Shown here piece after piece: positions 26,442 through 38,313 of a DNA stretch of 64,000 bases. The stretch covers positions 10,602,001-10,666,000 of the forward strand of contig CM060732.1 in NCBI GenBank assembly GCA_030704615.1, written 5' to 3'. Each line of letters opens with the position of its first letter. The first letter of the stretch is position 1. The position numbers and the translations under genes were made by a program. The notes beneath the pieces were generated by a model. It did no database searches. It was not told the DNA's origin and saw only the letters and a list, made by a program, of their open reading frames with translations. Source of the stretch: Takakia lepidozioides (lineage: Eukaryota > Plantae > Bryophyta).

Positions 26442-28314
26442 TAAAAGAACTCGTTGTATAGTTGAATACCAATGTCATGAAGGGGGGAATGTATCAAATT
26501 GTACACTTGAAGACTGCAAACAGGGACGATGATTACAAGTCAATTCGAAGTCTGCAAACTGCATGACTCAATGAAGTATGCTACTTACTACTTCGTGATA
26601 TTTGCCCACGCCACTACATAGTGAAACTGCAAACTGTTTTGAGCTCTAGGTCCAATATTTTGCCAATATCAAATGGACACATGTTCACATATGACAAGTG
26701 CTTCGTTAAAGATAGATGGATGAGGTCATCCAATGGATACCCATTCATGTATATGCCTTAAGATGCCACATGTACTGATGTAATCATAGAAACAGAGATG
26801 TGAAACCTCTAGTAGTCATGTAGTCATAAGCTTATATGACATGTCATCAATGTGTGGTAGTGGTGTAGTCATTTAGTCATAAGCTTATGTGGCACGTGTC
26901 TGACGTGTAGTATTGCGTATGACTACTAGTTATATAAACCAAGCCTATGTTCTTGGTCAACATTGTTTGACCGCGGCTCCTACATTAGATTAAAATATAT
27001 TAAAATTCGCCCAACAATGGGTTTCATCATTTTGTAGTCACACATATAGTCATGATTACCAAGGTTTATATCACCCGTAGTCATAAAAACGTTAATCTTT
27101 AGTAGTGTGCTGCTGGACAACGTCAACCTCGGAGATCCCTGCACTTTTGCCTTTCGATTTGGTTCGCTGTTTTTTGGGTGCGACAAGAACAGGTACTTGC
27201 ACGACTGTTTGAACTCACCTCTCTAATGCTTTGCTTTTCCTGATATGCCATAGGCTTGCCATGACAGCTTGGTCAAGACGAAATAAATCTGTCTGCTTGT
27301 GGATATTGGATTGCAAGATTGCCACCACAAGTAAGCGATGTGTATGATATGGTATAATTGCAGATCTTCCACCACAACCAAGTGGTGTAAGTATTTTACT
27401 CGTGAAATAGCTTTGAACCACCAAAAACCTCCCATGTTGGTCACAGTCGACTGGAATTCTTTAATTTTGTTTTGTGGTTAGGGCAGGGTGAAGGCAGACT
27501 TGGGGTAGTATTGCTCATGAAGGGCACATCCATACATTGGTATGGAGGCTATGATGACAGCCATAGCCTGACATTGTAAGATTTTGGCAGAATTGCAGTA
27601 CAACAATGTGATAGCGGGTCATTTTCCTGGAGATGAGAGGAAAAAACTAGATAAGATTATGATTCAATTGCAAGCTAGAGAGGGGGTGGGGAGCAAGCCA
27701 ACTGATGTTCCACTGGGATGGTCTTACAGGTCTCTCAACAATCTGACCACTCAATGGCGACAACAGATGCGAGCGATTCAGAGTGGTAGAAGGGGTGAAG
27801 ATGCACAGGGCCAGGTTTGCAGGATATTGCTATGCATGCCATCCCGTCTACAACTCTACAAAGGGGCAAAGAATTGATAGGATCAAAGCGTGAATTGTAC
27901 CAATATCAGTCTGGATATTGCCCTGGCGTAGATGTATGCCAAATGTAGCAATATGTTGTTGTAGTTGAAGCTAGACAAAGGCCCAAGGATGTGGGTATGG
28001 GATTTTTTTGATATAGGGATATTACTGCAGGTTGCCAGCGATGAAATCAGTGCTAATAGTTGCACACTGGAAGATATTAGAAGAGTAGAATGGTGAAGTG
28101 CCAGACTGGGTCACTTCCCAACTTTTGGGTGCCAATGTTTTACAATCTGGATATGAATAAATGGCCCTACTAGTGGCCAATCCACTAGTGCTTGATCACA
28201 ATAGCTTATAGCATGGAGGAATTGTGAGCATATTTGAATATCAATGTTCATTGACAGTTGATACCCAAAAAAATGTGACTACATGGGGACAGAAGAGTAT
28301 ATTTATTTGGAATG

Positions 28315-29260
28315 ACCAGTGCCACTCCTGGTCCACCTTGGTCAGCTTGGTTAGAGCCTTTGCAATGGCACTAAATCCCTTAACAAACCGTCTATAATAG
28401 TTTGCTAACCCCATGAAAGCTCGAACTCGGCTCACATCCGTGGGGCGTGGAACCTGTGCAATGGACTCTACCTTAGTCTGCTGTACCCCCAATCTTCCAA
28501 GATATATCATGTGACCCAGATACTCAATCTGGTTGTGGAAAAACTTGCACTTTCCCGGATGTAACTTCAATCCGTGCGCCCTCAAGTGCTCAAATACCCC
28601 CTGAAGGTGTCTCTCATGCTCTTCCACCGTAGCACTAAAGATGATGATGTCATCTATGTAGCACCGAGCAAACTCCACCCCTGCTAGAATCCTATCCATG
28701 ACTCTCTGAAACTCTGCCGGAGCGTTCTTAAGCCCAAATAGTAAGAACCGCCACTGGTATAGGCAATCATTCCCGTGCTCATTGATCCCCCATAATGCCG
28801 TCTTTTGCTTATTCGCCTCCTTGATCGGCAACTGGTGATATCCGGATCGTAAATCCAACGTGCTAAAGACCTTGGCATGCCCAATGGCATCAAAGATCTC
28901 ATTTGGTGTTGGCATGGCATACCTATCGGACTTGGTCTGACGATTTACAGGCCGGTAATCACCGCACATACGTCTCTCCGTCCAATTACCAAAGACATCC
29001 TTCTTGGCTGGCATCACTGCGGCTGAAGCATACTCTCTCCCAGATAGCTCCACCAAACCAGCCTCCCAAAGGTCCTGAGTTCTCATCTGAATCAAGGACC
29101 TCTCCATGTCACTGTATCTATAGGGTTTCCGAAAGATTGGTGTGTCAGTAGCCAATTCAATGCGAATCTCTTGACCCTTCAGTGCTCCTAAGTCCTTCAA
29201 ACTGAAGGCAAAGCAGTTCCTGTAAGCCCTCAAGAACCGCCGTATACGTCGTCTCTCTCC
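28315..29260 (-). pseudogene. pol: Ty3/Gypsy reverse transcriptase (3'-truncated)
   Basis: RRMCGDYRPVN, VFSTLDLRSGYHQL, LFGLKNAPAEFQRVMD, CYIDDIIIFS, KCKFFHNQIEYLGH, VRAFMGLANYYRRFVKGFSAIA. Confidence 0.95.
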
Positions 29261-29669
29261 TCCGGTGACTATAGGTCTAACATCAGGCTCCCAGTTGTCC
29301 TCCGTGACTGCAACCTTGAGTCCAGCAGGCTTAGAGATAGAAGACGCGTCCCGTGGTTGCTATGCTGCAACTTCTTGAGCAGTGACCACTGCCTCTCTGT
29401 CAGTGACAATGTCTCATCTTGCCCCATCATCCCATCCTTGAGGACCTCCTCAATCCGAGAAGAATTCCCAACCTGATCCATCACCGCTGCCTTGGCTGCC
29501 AACTCCTTCTGAACCTCGAGCACCTCCCACGTGTGCCATGGATGCGGCGTGCACCTCGTGATCCTCACCTGCTTGCCCCCACTCGCTGCCTGTACCATCT
29601 CGGTAGGCAGGGAGACCATGAAGGGAAGTGTACTCCGTACTCTGCGCTGCTCAGCCATAGCCAAGCTGA

Positions 29670-30610
29670 TAATCTAGGTCAAGCAATTGAGATCCATTGC
29701 TTGCCCCAACACCTGACGACGTGATGCCTCAGAAAGAGATGACACCGCCGTGGTACCTGTGGTAAAACCCATTGCCCGTTTGCGCTCGTCAGCATTGGGC
29801 TCCACTAATTGTTGCAACTGGCTATCCCACAAGAGGCCAGGTCCACCATCCCGAAAAGCATGGGATCCTGGGAAACTGAGCAGTGTAGGTAATGCTGCTC
29901 GTGGTTGACACACCCTGTTGACCACTGCCAAAGACAAACGGTCATCGTGTCTCACACATTGAGACTGCCTCCCTTTGTCCAAAATGCTATCCACTGTGAG
30001 GTGTGCTGGCCGCTGCACCCCATCAAATGTACGCTTGAGCAGTGCGGGTTGCATCAAGTTAGTCCACCATAGCCGTGGACGATGAGCCCATGACCCCACT
30101 GCAGCTGCATCCAGCAACACTGCCGACCCAAGCCACGACCGGACATGATGCACACTGGCCATCACCCTGGCCCGAGAATCACCCATCAGTGGCACATTCT
30201 CTAAGATGTATGCTGGAGATACAGCTTGATGAAGCTGCAAGTGGTGCAAAATCCGCACCATCTCCCAAAACAGACCCGTCCTCGAGTCTCGCAATCCATT
30301 GCCATGCCTGGCTGATGAATGCCCTTGGCAGGGCCAACTTGCCACTACCAGATCAATGGAGCCAACCCGCTCCAAATCTTGCGCCCCCAGCAATGAAATG
30401 TCTGCTGGCAAGGCTTGTTGGTATCCACGAACTGCAGACACTGGCAACAAATCAGGGTACTGCTGTACCAACTGAGCAACATGGCGCAGTGAGACGCGTC
30501 GTGCAGTCTCATCCCTCTCCACATACAGGTAACGTCAAACTCGTACACCTGCCTGCAGTACTGCAGCCAATCCAGTGCTGATCCCGCCAAACAAGTCCAG
30601 AAGACATATG
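29670..30610 (-). pseudogene. DNMT3-like DNA (cytosine-5)-methyltransferase domain within pol
   Basis: Motif I ICLLDLFGGISTG; motif II YVERD; motif IV DLVVASWPCQGHS (catalytic PC); TGLFWEMVRIL; motif VI YILENV; motif VIII DAAAVGSWAHRPRLWWTNL; motif IX ERKRAMGF; motif X RRQVLGQAMD. Motifs are in canonical order. In-frame stops lie at 30535-30537 (TGA) and 29674-29676 (TAG). Confidence 0.93.
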
Positions 30611-30989
30611 CCTTCATCCGGGCACTGCCACACAAGAGGTGTGGTGTCCAATGGCGACAACTGAGGTGGTCCTGGTGCAATCACCGCACTCTCCTCTTCT
30701 CCTGACGGTACGAAGGCCTCTACCCAGGCTTGTTGTACCCGTCCATCAGCAGCCTGCTGCAAATCCTTGCTCGTACTCCATAATGGAGTGTGAGCAACCA
30801 TGGCAGGCAACTCCGCCGTACCATGCATGTCATCCTGCTCTGCTGGAGGTGGCACATCCTCTGCATGGGCATTGCCTTCCAGCAACTCTCCAGGCCAACT
30901 AACTGCAGCTGTAAAGGCGGCTAGTATTGGCATCTTGCCCCGCTGGGCAGCCGCAATACCCCCAATGAATGTCACAGGGAGCTGTGCAC

Positions 30990-31350
30990 GACGACCATCC
31001 CCTGACTGCCATCCAGGCCTGTAGGATGCTGACTCCTCCCAAAAGTCCAGGGTAAAGCCCATGGGATATAACACTACCCCATCAACAAGGACATTGTAAG
31101 AGACCGCGTCTGTCACAATGGCCTTGGCTCGCATCACTGAGCCATCTACATGATGATCTGGTTGTAGTCCAATGACCAACTCACGCCGTGTCATGCCCCG
31201 AGCCTGCTCTGATCCTCCTAGAGATGTATGTATCTGAAAAGGACAAGGCTCCATATCCGCCTCCATGAGGCCCAAACCTGCAATAGCAGCTCTGCCCAAC
31301 ATCAGTGGCTGAGCTCCTGAGTCCAACAAGACCCACAGTGGCCGGTACTT
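30990..31350 (-). pseudogene. Retropepsin-type aspartic protease domain
   Basis: WVLLDSGAQPLMLG active-site motif, followed by YNVLVDGVVLYPMGFTLDF, the typical C-terminal D/G-hydrophobic segment. Confidence 0.8.
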
Positions 31351-32269
31351 CTTGCCTGCCAGTCCACTCAAAGTGAAAATGCCTCCCTGGTTGTCTAACA
31401 AGACAACTCCAGGTGTCACCATGGCCCGCTCAAAGGTTGACCTAGCTGGCAGCTCCGTCAACCTGGCAGCTGCAGCTTGCCATGGCGCAGCCGTGGCAGT
31501 CTTGACCCTCAAATCCGAGGATCCCTCTGCCACTACACCTTCCAGTAACTCCGCAGAAGATGAAGTGACCTCCCCACTGTCGCAGAGTGTTGCTGCTAGT
31601 CTGAACACTGCAGCTGGTCTTACCCCCGGCATCGCAATCATGGTTGCCGAGAACAGTGGGGCTTGACACACAGAGGTGGCTGCCCCCAATAACACACTGG
31701 CTGCACTAGCCTTGGTAGCAGGTGTCAGTGTTGCACGTGTAGCTCTCCCCAATGGCATAGTAACCTCCGCCTCGGTAACAATCGGGCGAGAACTACGTGC
31801 CATGGATGGCGTCGACACTGTCTCCGCCAATGTGAATGACTGAGGAAGCCTCGCCTGACGGCTTGCCTCCCCATTCTGTGGATCCAATTCCACCTCTGCA
31901 CCTCGTGGCTCAGGAACTCGTGCTGCTCCTCGAGTCACGGCTGCAGCAGACTCCACCTGCACTAGTGGTAGTGCTGCTCCGCACATGAATCCCATGCCTT
32001 CCATATCTCCTCCCTTAGGAGCAGGAGGTGGACCATCCCGCCTGGGAGCCGGTACCACCTGAGCTGTAGCCATGGCAGCGAGCCTTTGCTCTAGCTGCTG
32101 AAGCCGGTTGGCCATGTCTTGATCAACACCCTGACCTCCGCGTCCTTGGCCATGTTGAGCTTGCCCTTGGCCTGCACCTCGTGCCCGACCACCTCGTCCT
32201 CTCTGGGCTGGTCCACCTCGCCCCCGGCCACTATTGTTCCCTTGGAAGTGGCCTGGGCGCAACTCAGGG

Positions 32270-33350
32270 TGCAAGTCATAACACTGGGCATCTCCATGCC
32301 CATACTTGCCACAATGCCCACACTGCTACTGTGCAGGCTGTGCTTGTGCCGGCCTTCTGCCACTCTCTGGGCAATCTCTCTTGACATAGGGTCCTCCAAA
32401 TGTCCAACATATCACCCCTGGTTGCTGTTGGCTTGCAAAAGATGCCACGGGCCTCTGCACCTGAGGTCCCATGTAAGCTCCATGGAACTTGGGTTGGGCA
32501 ACCTTGCCCCCCTGACCACGCTGTTGGGCAGTCCCTTGTACCTGTTGGCTGGCAGCTGCACCTCGTGCAGGCATGTCCTTGCCAAATCCAATGGTAACAA
32601 CTCGCTCCTCCACCATGTTGAGCTCAATCCGCTCAGCCAGCAGAAACACATCCGCTAATGTGGGTTGGGCTGCTTGTAACAGGGTTGCATCCCGCACCCT
32701 TCTCTTGAGCTCCTTGTCCAAAATTCCATACCAGAACTGGACTGCCTGAGCTTCAGTAACCCCTTGGGTCACACTTATCAAGCGCCTCATACGAGTGTAG
32801 GCCTCTCGCAAGCTCTCACTGGATTTGCGCTGGAAGTCTTGCAAACTTCGCAGCTTCTCTGTCCGTACACCTTGGTAGTTCTCCGCAACTCCTGGAAGAA
32901 CTCCACCACCGGGTTGAATCTAGGCACATGTGTTGTAATTGTGGCAGGAGGAGTAGTAGCACCTTTTGAACTGGTACCACCTGCAGAAGTGCCGCCACTA
33001 CTTGTTCCACTACTAGTGCTTGTAGTTGGAGATGTTTGTGTAGCTGCTGGTGTCACCGCTGCCCTTGTGCCTCTAGTGATTGAGACATAGTTAGGTGACC
33101 AATACTCTCGCCACTCCTCAATCTCCACCGCATGTCCCCGCCTAAATTCATGGTAATCATCCATGGGCGGCCCCTCAAGGTGCTGGAATAGCCCCTTCCA
33201 CGCCATAAAGGGCGTAAACAGTTGTGGATTGCGCATTTGCTGCAAATCACACCAACTGTCAAACTCTTGTATAAAGTCATCAAGCTCGATGGTGCCCACA
33301 GCTCCAGAGTACCTACGTGGCCCCTTGGTAGCTCCATACATCTCCTCCAT
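32270..33350 (-). pseudogene. gag: Gag of the DNMT-bearing Gypsy (frameshift near 32870, stop at 32326)
   Basis: ELDDFIQEFDSWCD...LFQHLEGPPMDDY and LQDFQRKSSESLREAYTRMRRL...QAVQFWYGILDKELKRRV are retrotransposon gag-like. Knuckles: CWTFGGPYVKRDC (degenerate) and CGHCGKYGHGDAQC (CCHC). Confidence 0.8.
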
Positions 33351-34307
33351 CGTGTCCCACAACAATGGCACGGAAATGACTTGCACCCTCGGCGAGAATC
33401 CTCCTGACTCCGAGTCTGAACCTTCCTCAAGAAGACACTGAAGGTGAAAGTGGCCTAAACCGCACACCTTGTCTTGTGTACCCACTAGTATCGCTGGTGC
33501 TTGTACCGGCACTCCCCTCAGCAGCTGGTGGCACCTCCGTGATGAAAACTCACAACCCAACCGGTTGTCAACCTGTCTCTAATCCCCACTTTCTACAAGG
33601 TAACCGGGTAAAGAACCTGTTGCGGCTACTGGTTCAAGCAGGAATAATAGGTTTCTAACGTAGACCTGTACCTGCACCTGCATCCACCGCAAGCACTCCT
33701 ATGGTCTGCTGGTCATCAACCCAGCCTCACCATAGAAGAAACACTGGTGGTCTTGCTGGTCATCACTCCAGCCTCACCACCGACACATACTCTAGGATTG
33801 GCCGGTGATCAAATCCGGACCAACCTCCTATGAAAACAAGCGCCCACACAAAGCTAACATGGCGCACAGTCAAGCATGCAGGTGTGGAGGGGATCCAAAC
33901 ACAAGGAAATCAAGACAACAACTCCCCCACACCAAAAACACTCCACAGTGTCGCTCCTGCAAGGACACCCCAGCCCAAACCCGGACTGACTCTTGCCTCC
34001 ACCTACGGAAAGGTTTTGGCCTACAGAGAGGGTGAAAGACTATGGAGAAGAGAAACTAAAGCAATTCCTAACCCCAGAATGCTCTCATCCCACCACTCTC
34101 CCTCCTGTCTCTATCCACTCGCTTGTATGGCCGTGGCAAGTATCCTTCAATATCCCTCAATCAATCCTTCAAGAGCTCTTCAACATTGTCCACCAAAGCT
34201 CCTCGAAGGGTCCTCCAAGGACCCCAAAGATCCTCCAAATATTCCTCCAAGGGCCTTCCAAACAATCCTCCAAAGGCCCTTAAATTTCACTAAGTCCTTT
34301 CACTATT

Positions 34308-34660
34308 GATACCTTAACAGAGGTATAGTCTGAGGTTGTTAGGGTCCCTTATGTTGATGATACCTTTACAGAGGTATAGTCTGAGGTTGTTAGGGTCCCT
34401 TATGTTGATGATACCTTTACAGAGGTATAGTCTGAAAATGAGGGTTCTGTTTGGTATACTAACAGAGGTATAGTCTGAGCTGATTAGGGTTCCACATATG
34501 GTGATACCTCAATAGAGGTATAGTAAAATGGACAAGCTCCTGTTTGGTATACTAACAGAGGTATAGTCTCACATTAGGGTTCACATATGGTGATACCTCA
34601 ACAGAGGTATAGTCAAAGGGACAAGCTCCTGTTTGGTATACTAACAGAGGTATAGTCTGA
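34308..34660. repeat. Tandem array of 8 units (43-51 bp) sharing the core ACAGAGGTATAGT
   Basis: Cores at ~34318, 34369, 34420, 34463, 34513, 34556, 34602 and 34645. The first two units are identical; the later ones alternate between two types. Confidence 0.85.
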
Positions 34661-36316
34661 GCATACACTACTAGGGTTTGTAATGAAGAGCTAGAATGCA
34701 AGTCCTTGACTTCTATGCTTCTACTCAAGCAAAAATATGGTCTCTAGGTGGTCATAAGAGGCATCTTCTTGCTCTCTTCCACCCCAATGTGCAACCAAGA
34801 GTGGTCCAACTCAACTTGCAAGTCATTGTCCACCAAATCAATCCCCTTCTAGTCCTTGGGATTTGATTGCAAACTACCATATCTCCATTGCCGAGCAATC
34901 ATGCATTTGTCTCCTCATCACTTGACAATTGCTCCAAATCAACACAAATTATCTCAATGTGTAGGAGCAATGCTTGTCACTTACAATAATGCTCCCAAGC
35001 AATCCGCCTTGGATCCCACTCTCACGCCATATGCCTCATTTGGGGTCTTGCACCAATCCATCATCCATGTGCTCCCCGTGGTCATTTGAATGCATGTTTC
35101 ATGACCTCTTGGCCTATGTGTTGCTCTCCTTCATCATAACATGAATCAACACCTCTCCACTTCACACACAAATGGATCTCAAAGGCCTTCACCTCTTGCT
35201 AGTTCAAGAGATCCCCTTCTCAAACTTGAACTTACAAACTCAAGCGAGCATGCTCCACACATGCACCACTTGCTTGGTCAACTATCCACCACAAAGCTCG
35301 CACTACCAAGAGCATGAATAGCCAAGTATTGCCTCCCCCTCTTGTCACATTACATAGTTAGGGTGAAGCTATGCATACATTGAATGATGATTTCCCTTCA
35401 AGGATTTCCCACCACATGTTCTCCAAGCCCTTCCAATGGCACCCTAAGCTTGGCTCCACAGCACCATGATTGGAAGATTTCTTCACATATATAGCTCCTT
35501 GGCTTCTCTTCCACAACATCCACACTTTGAACTTGCTTAACCCTAGCTTGATAGTAAAATGAGCACTAACAAGCCTTTAGTCACTCTCCACAAGCCATGG
35601 CGCACACCATCGACTCCATAATGCATACAAAGGATTCTCAAACCTTAGAATCCATGCTTCCACACACACAAGACTTCCTCCTTACAATCTTTGCAAAATC
35701 TTGTGACTCAAGAGCTTTCTTCTCAAGCTCTCCAACTCCTTGGTGCATGCAATACTCGAGCACCTTTCCTTGCAACCCCTTGCAAGCTTTGTGATACAAG
35801 AGCTAAATTCTCTTAGCTCTCAACCTCTTTAAAATACAAGTGCAAAACTAATCCTTACACTCCGCACTCACAAGCATAAGATCATCTTCTTGTAGTGATA
35901 AGAGATGAGAAATGAGAGAAGTAGAAGACAATGAAAGCTCTCAAAGCATGAAGCAATCATATGAAGAACAAGCCCTAGTCCTTCCAAGTGAAATCCACTC
36001 TATCATATAAACTAAGTCAAGCCAAGGGCACCTTTGCTAAAGGAATCCACCCTACAAAGCCCTCAACACACTCCCTCTCAATACCTAGAGCTATGGAGGT
36101 GAGAGAAGCTCATGGAGGCTCAACTACAAGAAGATGAGCCTCCTCAACACTCACAAGGGGAAAACCTATCTCCATGTCTCAAGTGAGGCTCGACACCTCA
36201 CTTGGCATGTGAGACCAAATGAAGTCCCAACACACAAAATATAAATATAAATATCTAAAATGTCCTAGTTAACTAGAAGTAGGTAATTCTAGATAACCAT
36301 GACTAAAACCATGACA
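34660..36316 (-). mobile_element. Highly degenerate LTR-retrotransposon-derived segment (possibly Copia-like, non-autonomous)
   Basis: Begins TGTCATGG on the minus strand exactly where the right inverted arm is cut off (36316/36317). Shows strong strand skew, no long ORF and a weak KTPNEAYG integrase-like remnant. Confidence 0.35.
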
Positions 36317-36683
36317 AGGGGGACACTCTGCGATGACACTCTAGAGAGGATTACATGGTGGTGAGGGTTCCACTTGGCGGAGTTACAGAGGGTTACATGG
36401 GGGTGAGGGTTACAGGGGCTGACATGCAGGGGGTTACAGGGAACTGACGGACTGGTGGAAGCGACGGATTGGTGTTGCAGAACGATGATGCAGGCGGCGA
36501 CGACATGCCGGGGGCGACGACGCCGATGGGATGAGAGCGGGGGTGGGGAGGGATTGACCGAGCCCAGCCGGCTGCCTTTCGATGGCTGCCGGAGGCGGAG
36601 AACCGACAGTACGGGGTGTCAGGGCTGGACCGTCTTGATGCGCTCGCATTAAGTTCTTATATTATTTCTATTATCTTCCTATT
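36317..36683 (-). repeat. Right arm of the long inverted repeat (partner at 17361-17765)
   Basis: Reverse complement of the left arm. The incidental ORFs at 17395 (+) and 36649 (-) are near-identical (MRxxQDGPALTPRTxGSPPP). Confidence 0.9.
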
Positions 36684-37208
36684 TATAAGGGCCGCATTTA
36701 TAGCTGAACACAAAATAAATCATTAGGAATATTACCGGTTGTAAAAAGTTATCTCGGAAATTGACCGGGTATAGTTAACACTAAGGGGCAGCAACCGACT
36801 GCCCAACCCACTTAGCCGATTGCTGTTGGGAATGAGCGGCTACTGGCTGGTTCAACTCAAATTATTTCCCGGACGTTGGTTTGCAAATTGCAATGTTGGG
36901 ATCGTACTACAAAGTCGTAAACACTGATAACAGAGTATTAAATTTGTTGAGAACCCTGATTGGCATCTGCAAAGCTTTGCTCTAAAAAATAATGATACTT
37001 GAAAGGACGAACTTACGAAGTCATAGTTGACAAGGGCTCACTTGATAGTTTTGAACTTTGAACCTGGTTATTGTTGTCTTTAGACGTGCTACAGGACTTG
37101 GGTCATGATGATAGCTGCAAACATGTCACTAGTCCTTAAGGTTTCCCCGAGGATTTAGGACGATACTTTTACATAACAGTTTCGCCCAATTTGGAAACAG
37201 AGGTCTAA

Positions 37209-37625
37209 GAGCATCCCCACCCTTCTCACTGAAATGGCCCTTCTATGCTTATTTTGAAGAGGTTGGTTCAGGACTCTCGAAAGGTATGTGAAGGGGTGGG
37301 CTGCTTGTAGCCACACCCTTGCCCCTCGTCGCCCCTGTATCCTATGTCCCTGCCTTGCTAGAGTTCCCAGCGACGTTCTCATACGCTCTGACACGCTTTT
37401 CATATGCTTCCCACACGCTTCCATGGTCGGGACGACTCGGTTGGGGATGGGTTCACGACGCTGAATATCGTGCACCGATTCAGTGAAAGAGAGGCGGTTC
37501 AATGTCCGCCCTTAACGACGTACACGGTAGCGAGGCAAGGGTGTGGTGCGTTTGGAGGCAAATTTGAACCTGTATACAAGAAGTATAGGTGCAGGGGTCC
37601 ATAGAGGCGTAGAGTGGGGATGCTC
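37209..37625. mobile_element. PIF/Harbinger (Tourist-like) MITE
   Basis: TIR GAGCATCCCCAC...GTGGGGATGCTC flanked by TAA on both sides. Confidence 0.88.
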
Positions 37626-37813
37626 TAAGAGCTCTAATTTTAGAGCTAGTTTGTGAAGGTCAAGCTGGCTCAGAATCAGAACTGACCACATCTGTGATCT
37701 GGAGGAGATTGTCATTAACTTACAAGCTAGTCCTAGGTGCAGCCAACTGTGCTCAAGATTGTCAATCTCACTTGGGCTAGATTCATGTTGCATCATGTTC
37801 CAGCGCGCAGTAA

Positions 37814-38310
37814 AAGCATCCCCACCCTTCTCACTGAAATGGCCCCTCTACGTCCGTTTTGAAGAAGTTGGTTCAGGACTCTCGTGTTAAGGGGTCGGCC
37901 GCTCGTAGCCACACCCTTGCCCCTCGTTACGCCCCTATATCCAATGTCCTTGCCTTGCTGGAGTTCCCAACGATGTTCTCATACGCCCTGACACGCTTCT
38001 CATACGCTTCTGACACGCTCTGACATATCCATGGTCGGGACGACTCGGTTGCGGGACAGGTTCAGGACGCTGAATATCGTGCACGGATACACTGAAAGAG
38101 AGGCGGTTCAGTGTTCGCCCTTAACGGCGTATACGGTAGCGGGGCAAGGGTGTGGTACGTTTGGAGGCAAATTTGAACCTGTATTTACGAGAAGTCCGGT
38201 GCAGGGGTCCATAGGGGTCATGATCCGGGAAACGCCATGCCAAAATGGCGTTGGAAATGGCATGGCGTACCTGCGTTGGGGGTGCTCTTAGGCATAGAGT
38301 GGGGATGCTC
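37814..38310. mobile_element. PIF/Harbinger MITE, second copy of the same family
   Basis: TAA|AAGCATCCCCAC...GTGGGGATGCTC|TTA. The body is similar to 37209-37575. An extra internal end, GTTGGGGGTGCTC|TTA, lies at ~38287. Confidence 0.82.
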
Positions 38311-38313
38311 TTA

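Larger units (their letters stand above)
28315..34310 (-). mobile_element. Ty3/Gypsy LTR retrotransposon carrying a DNA cytosine methyltransferase; decayed and 3'-truncated
   Basis: Domain order is gag, two zinc knuckles, protease, C5-MTase, RT and the RT/RNase H linker. Homology stops at ~28315, with no RNase H core, integrase or 3' LTR. The 5' boundary (LTR/leader 33.4-34.3 kb) is approximate. Confidence 0.88.

Noticed and set aside
29670-30610. Host DRM/CMT/MET1/DNMT3 gene or bacterial restriction-modification contaminant
   Set aside because: It is intronless, in frame with the retroelement protease and gag, lacks UBA/BAH/chromo/PWWP domains, has non-permuted motifs and has no adjacent endonuclease.
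34308-34660. CRISPR array
   Set aside because: The spacers are copies of one another, the conserved core is short, there are no cas genes and the context is eukaryotic.
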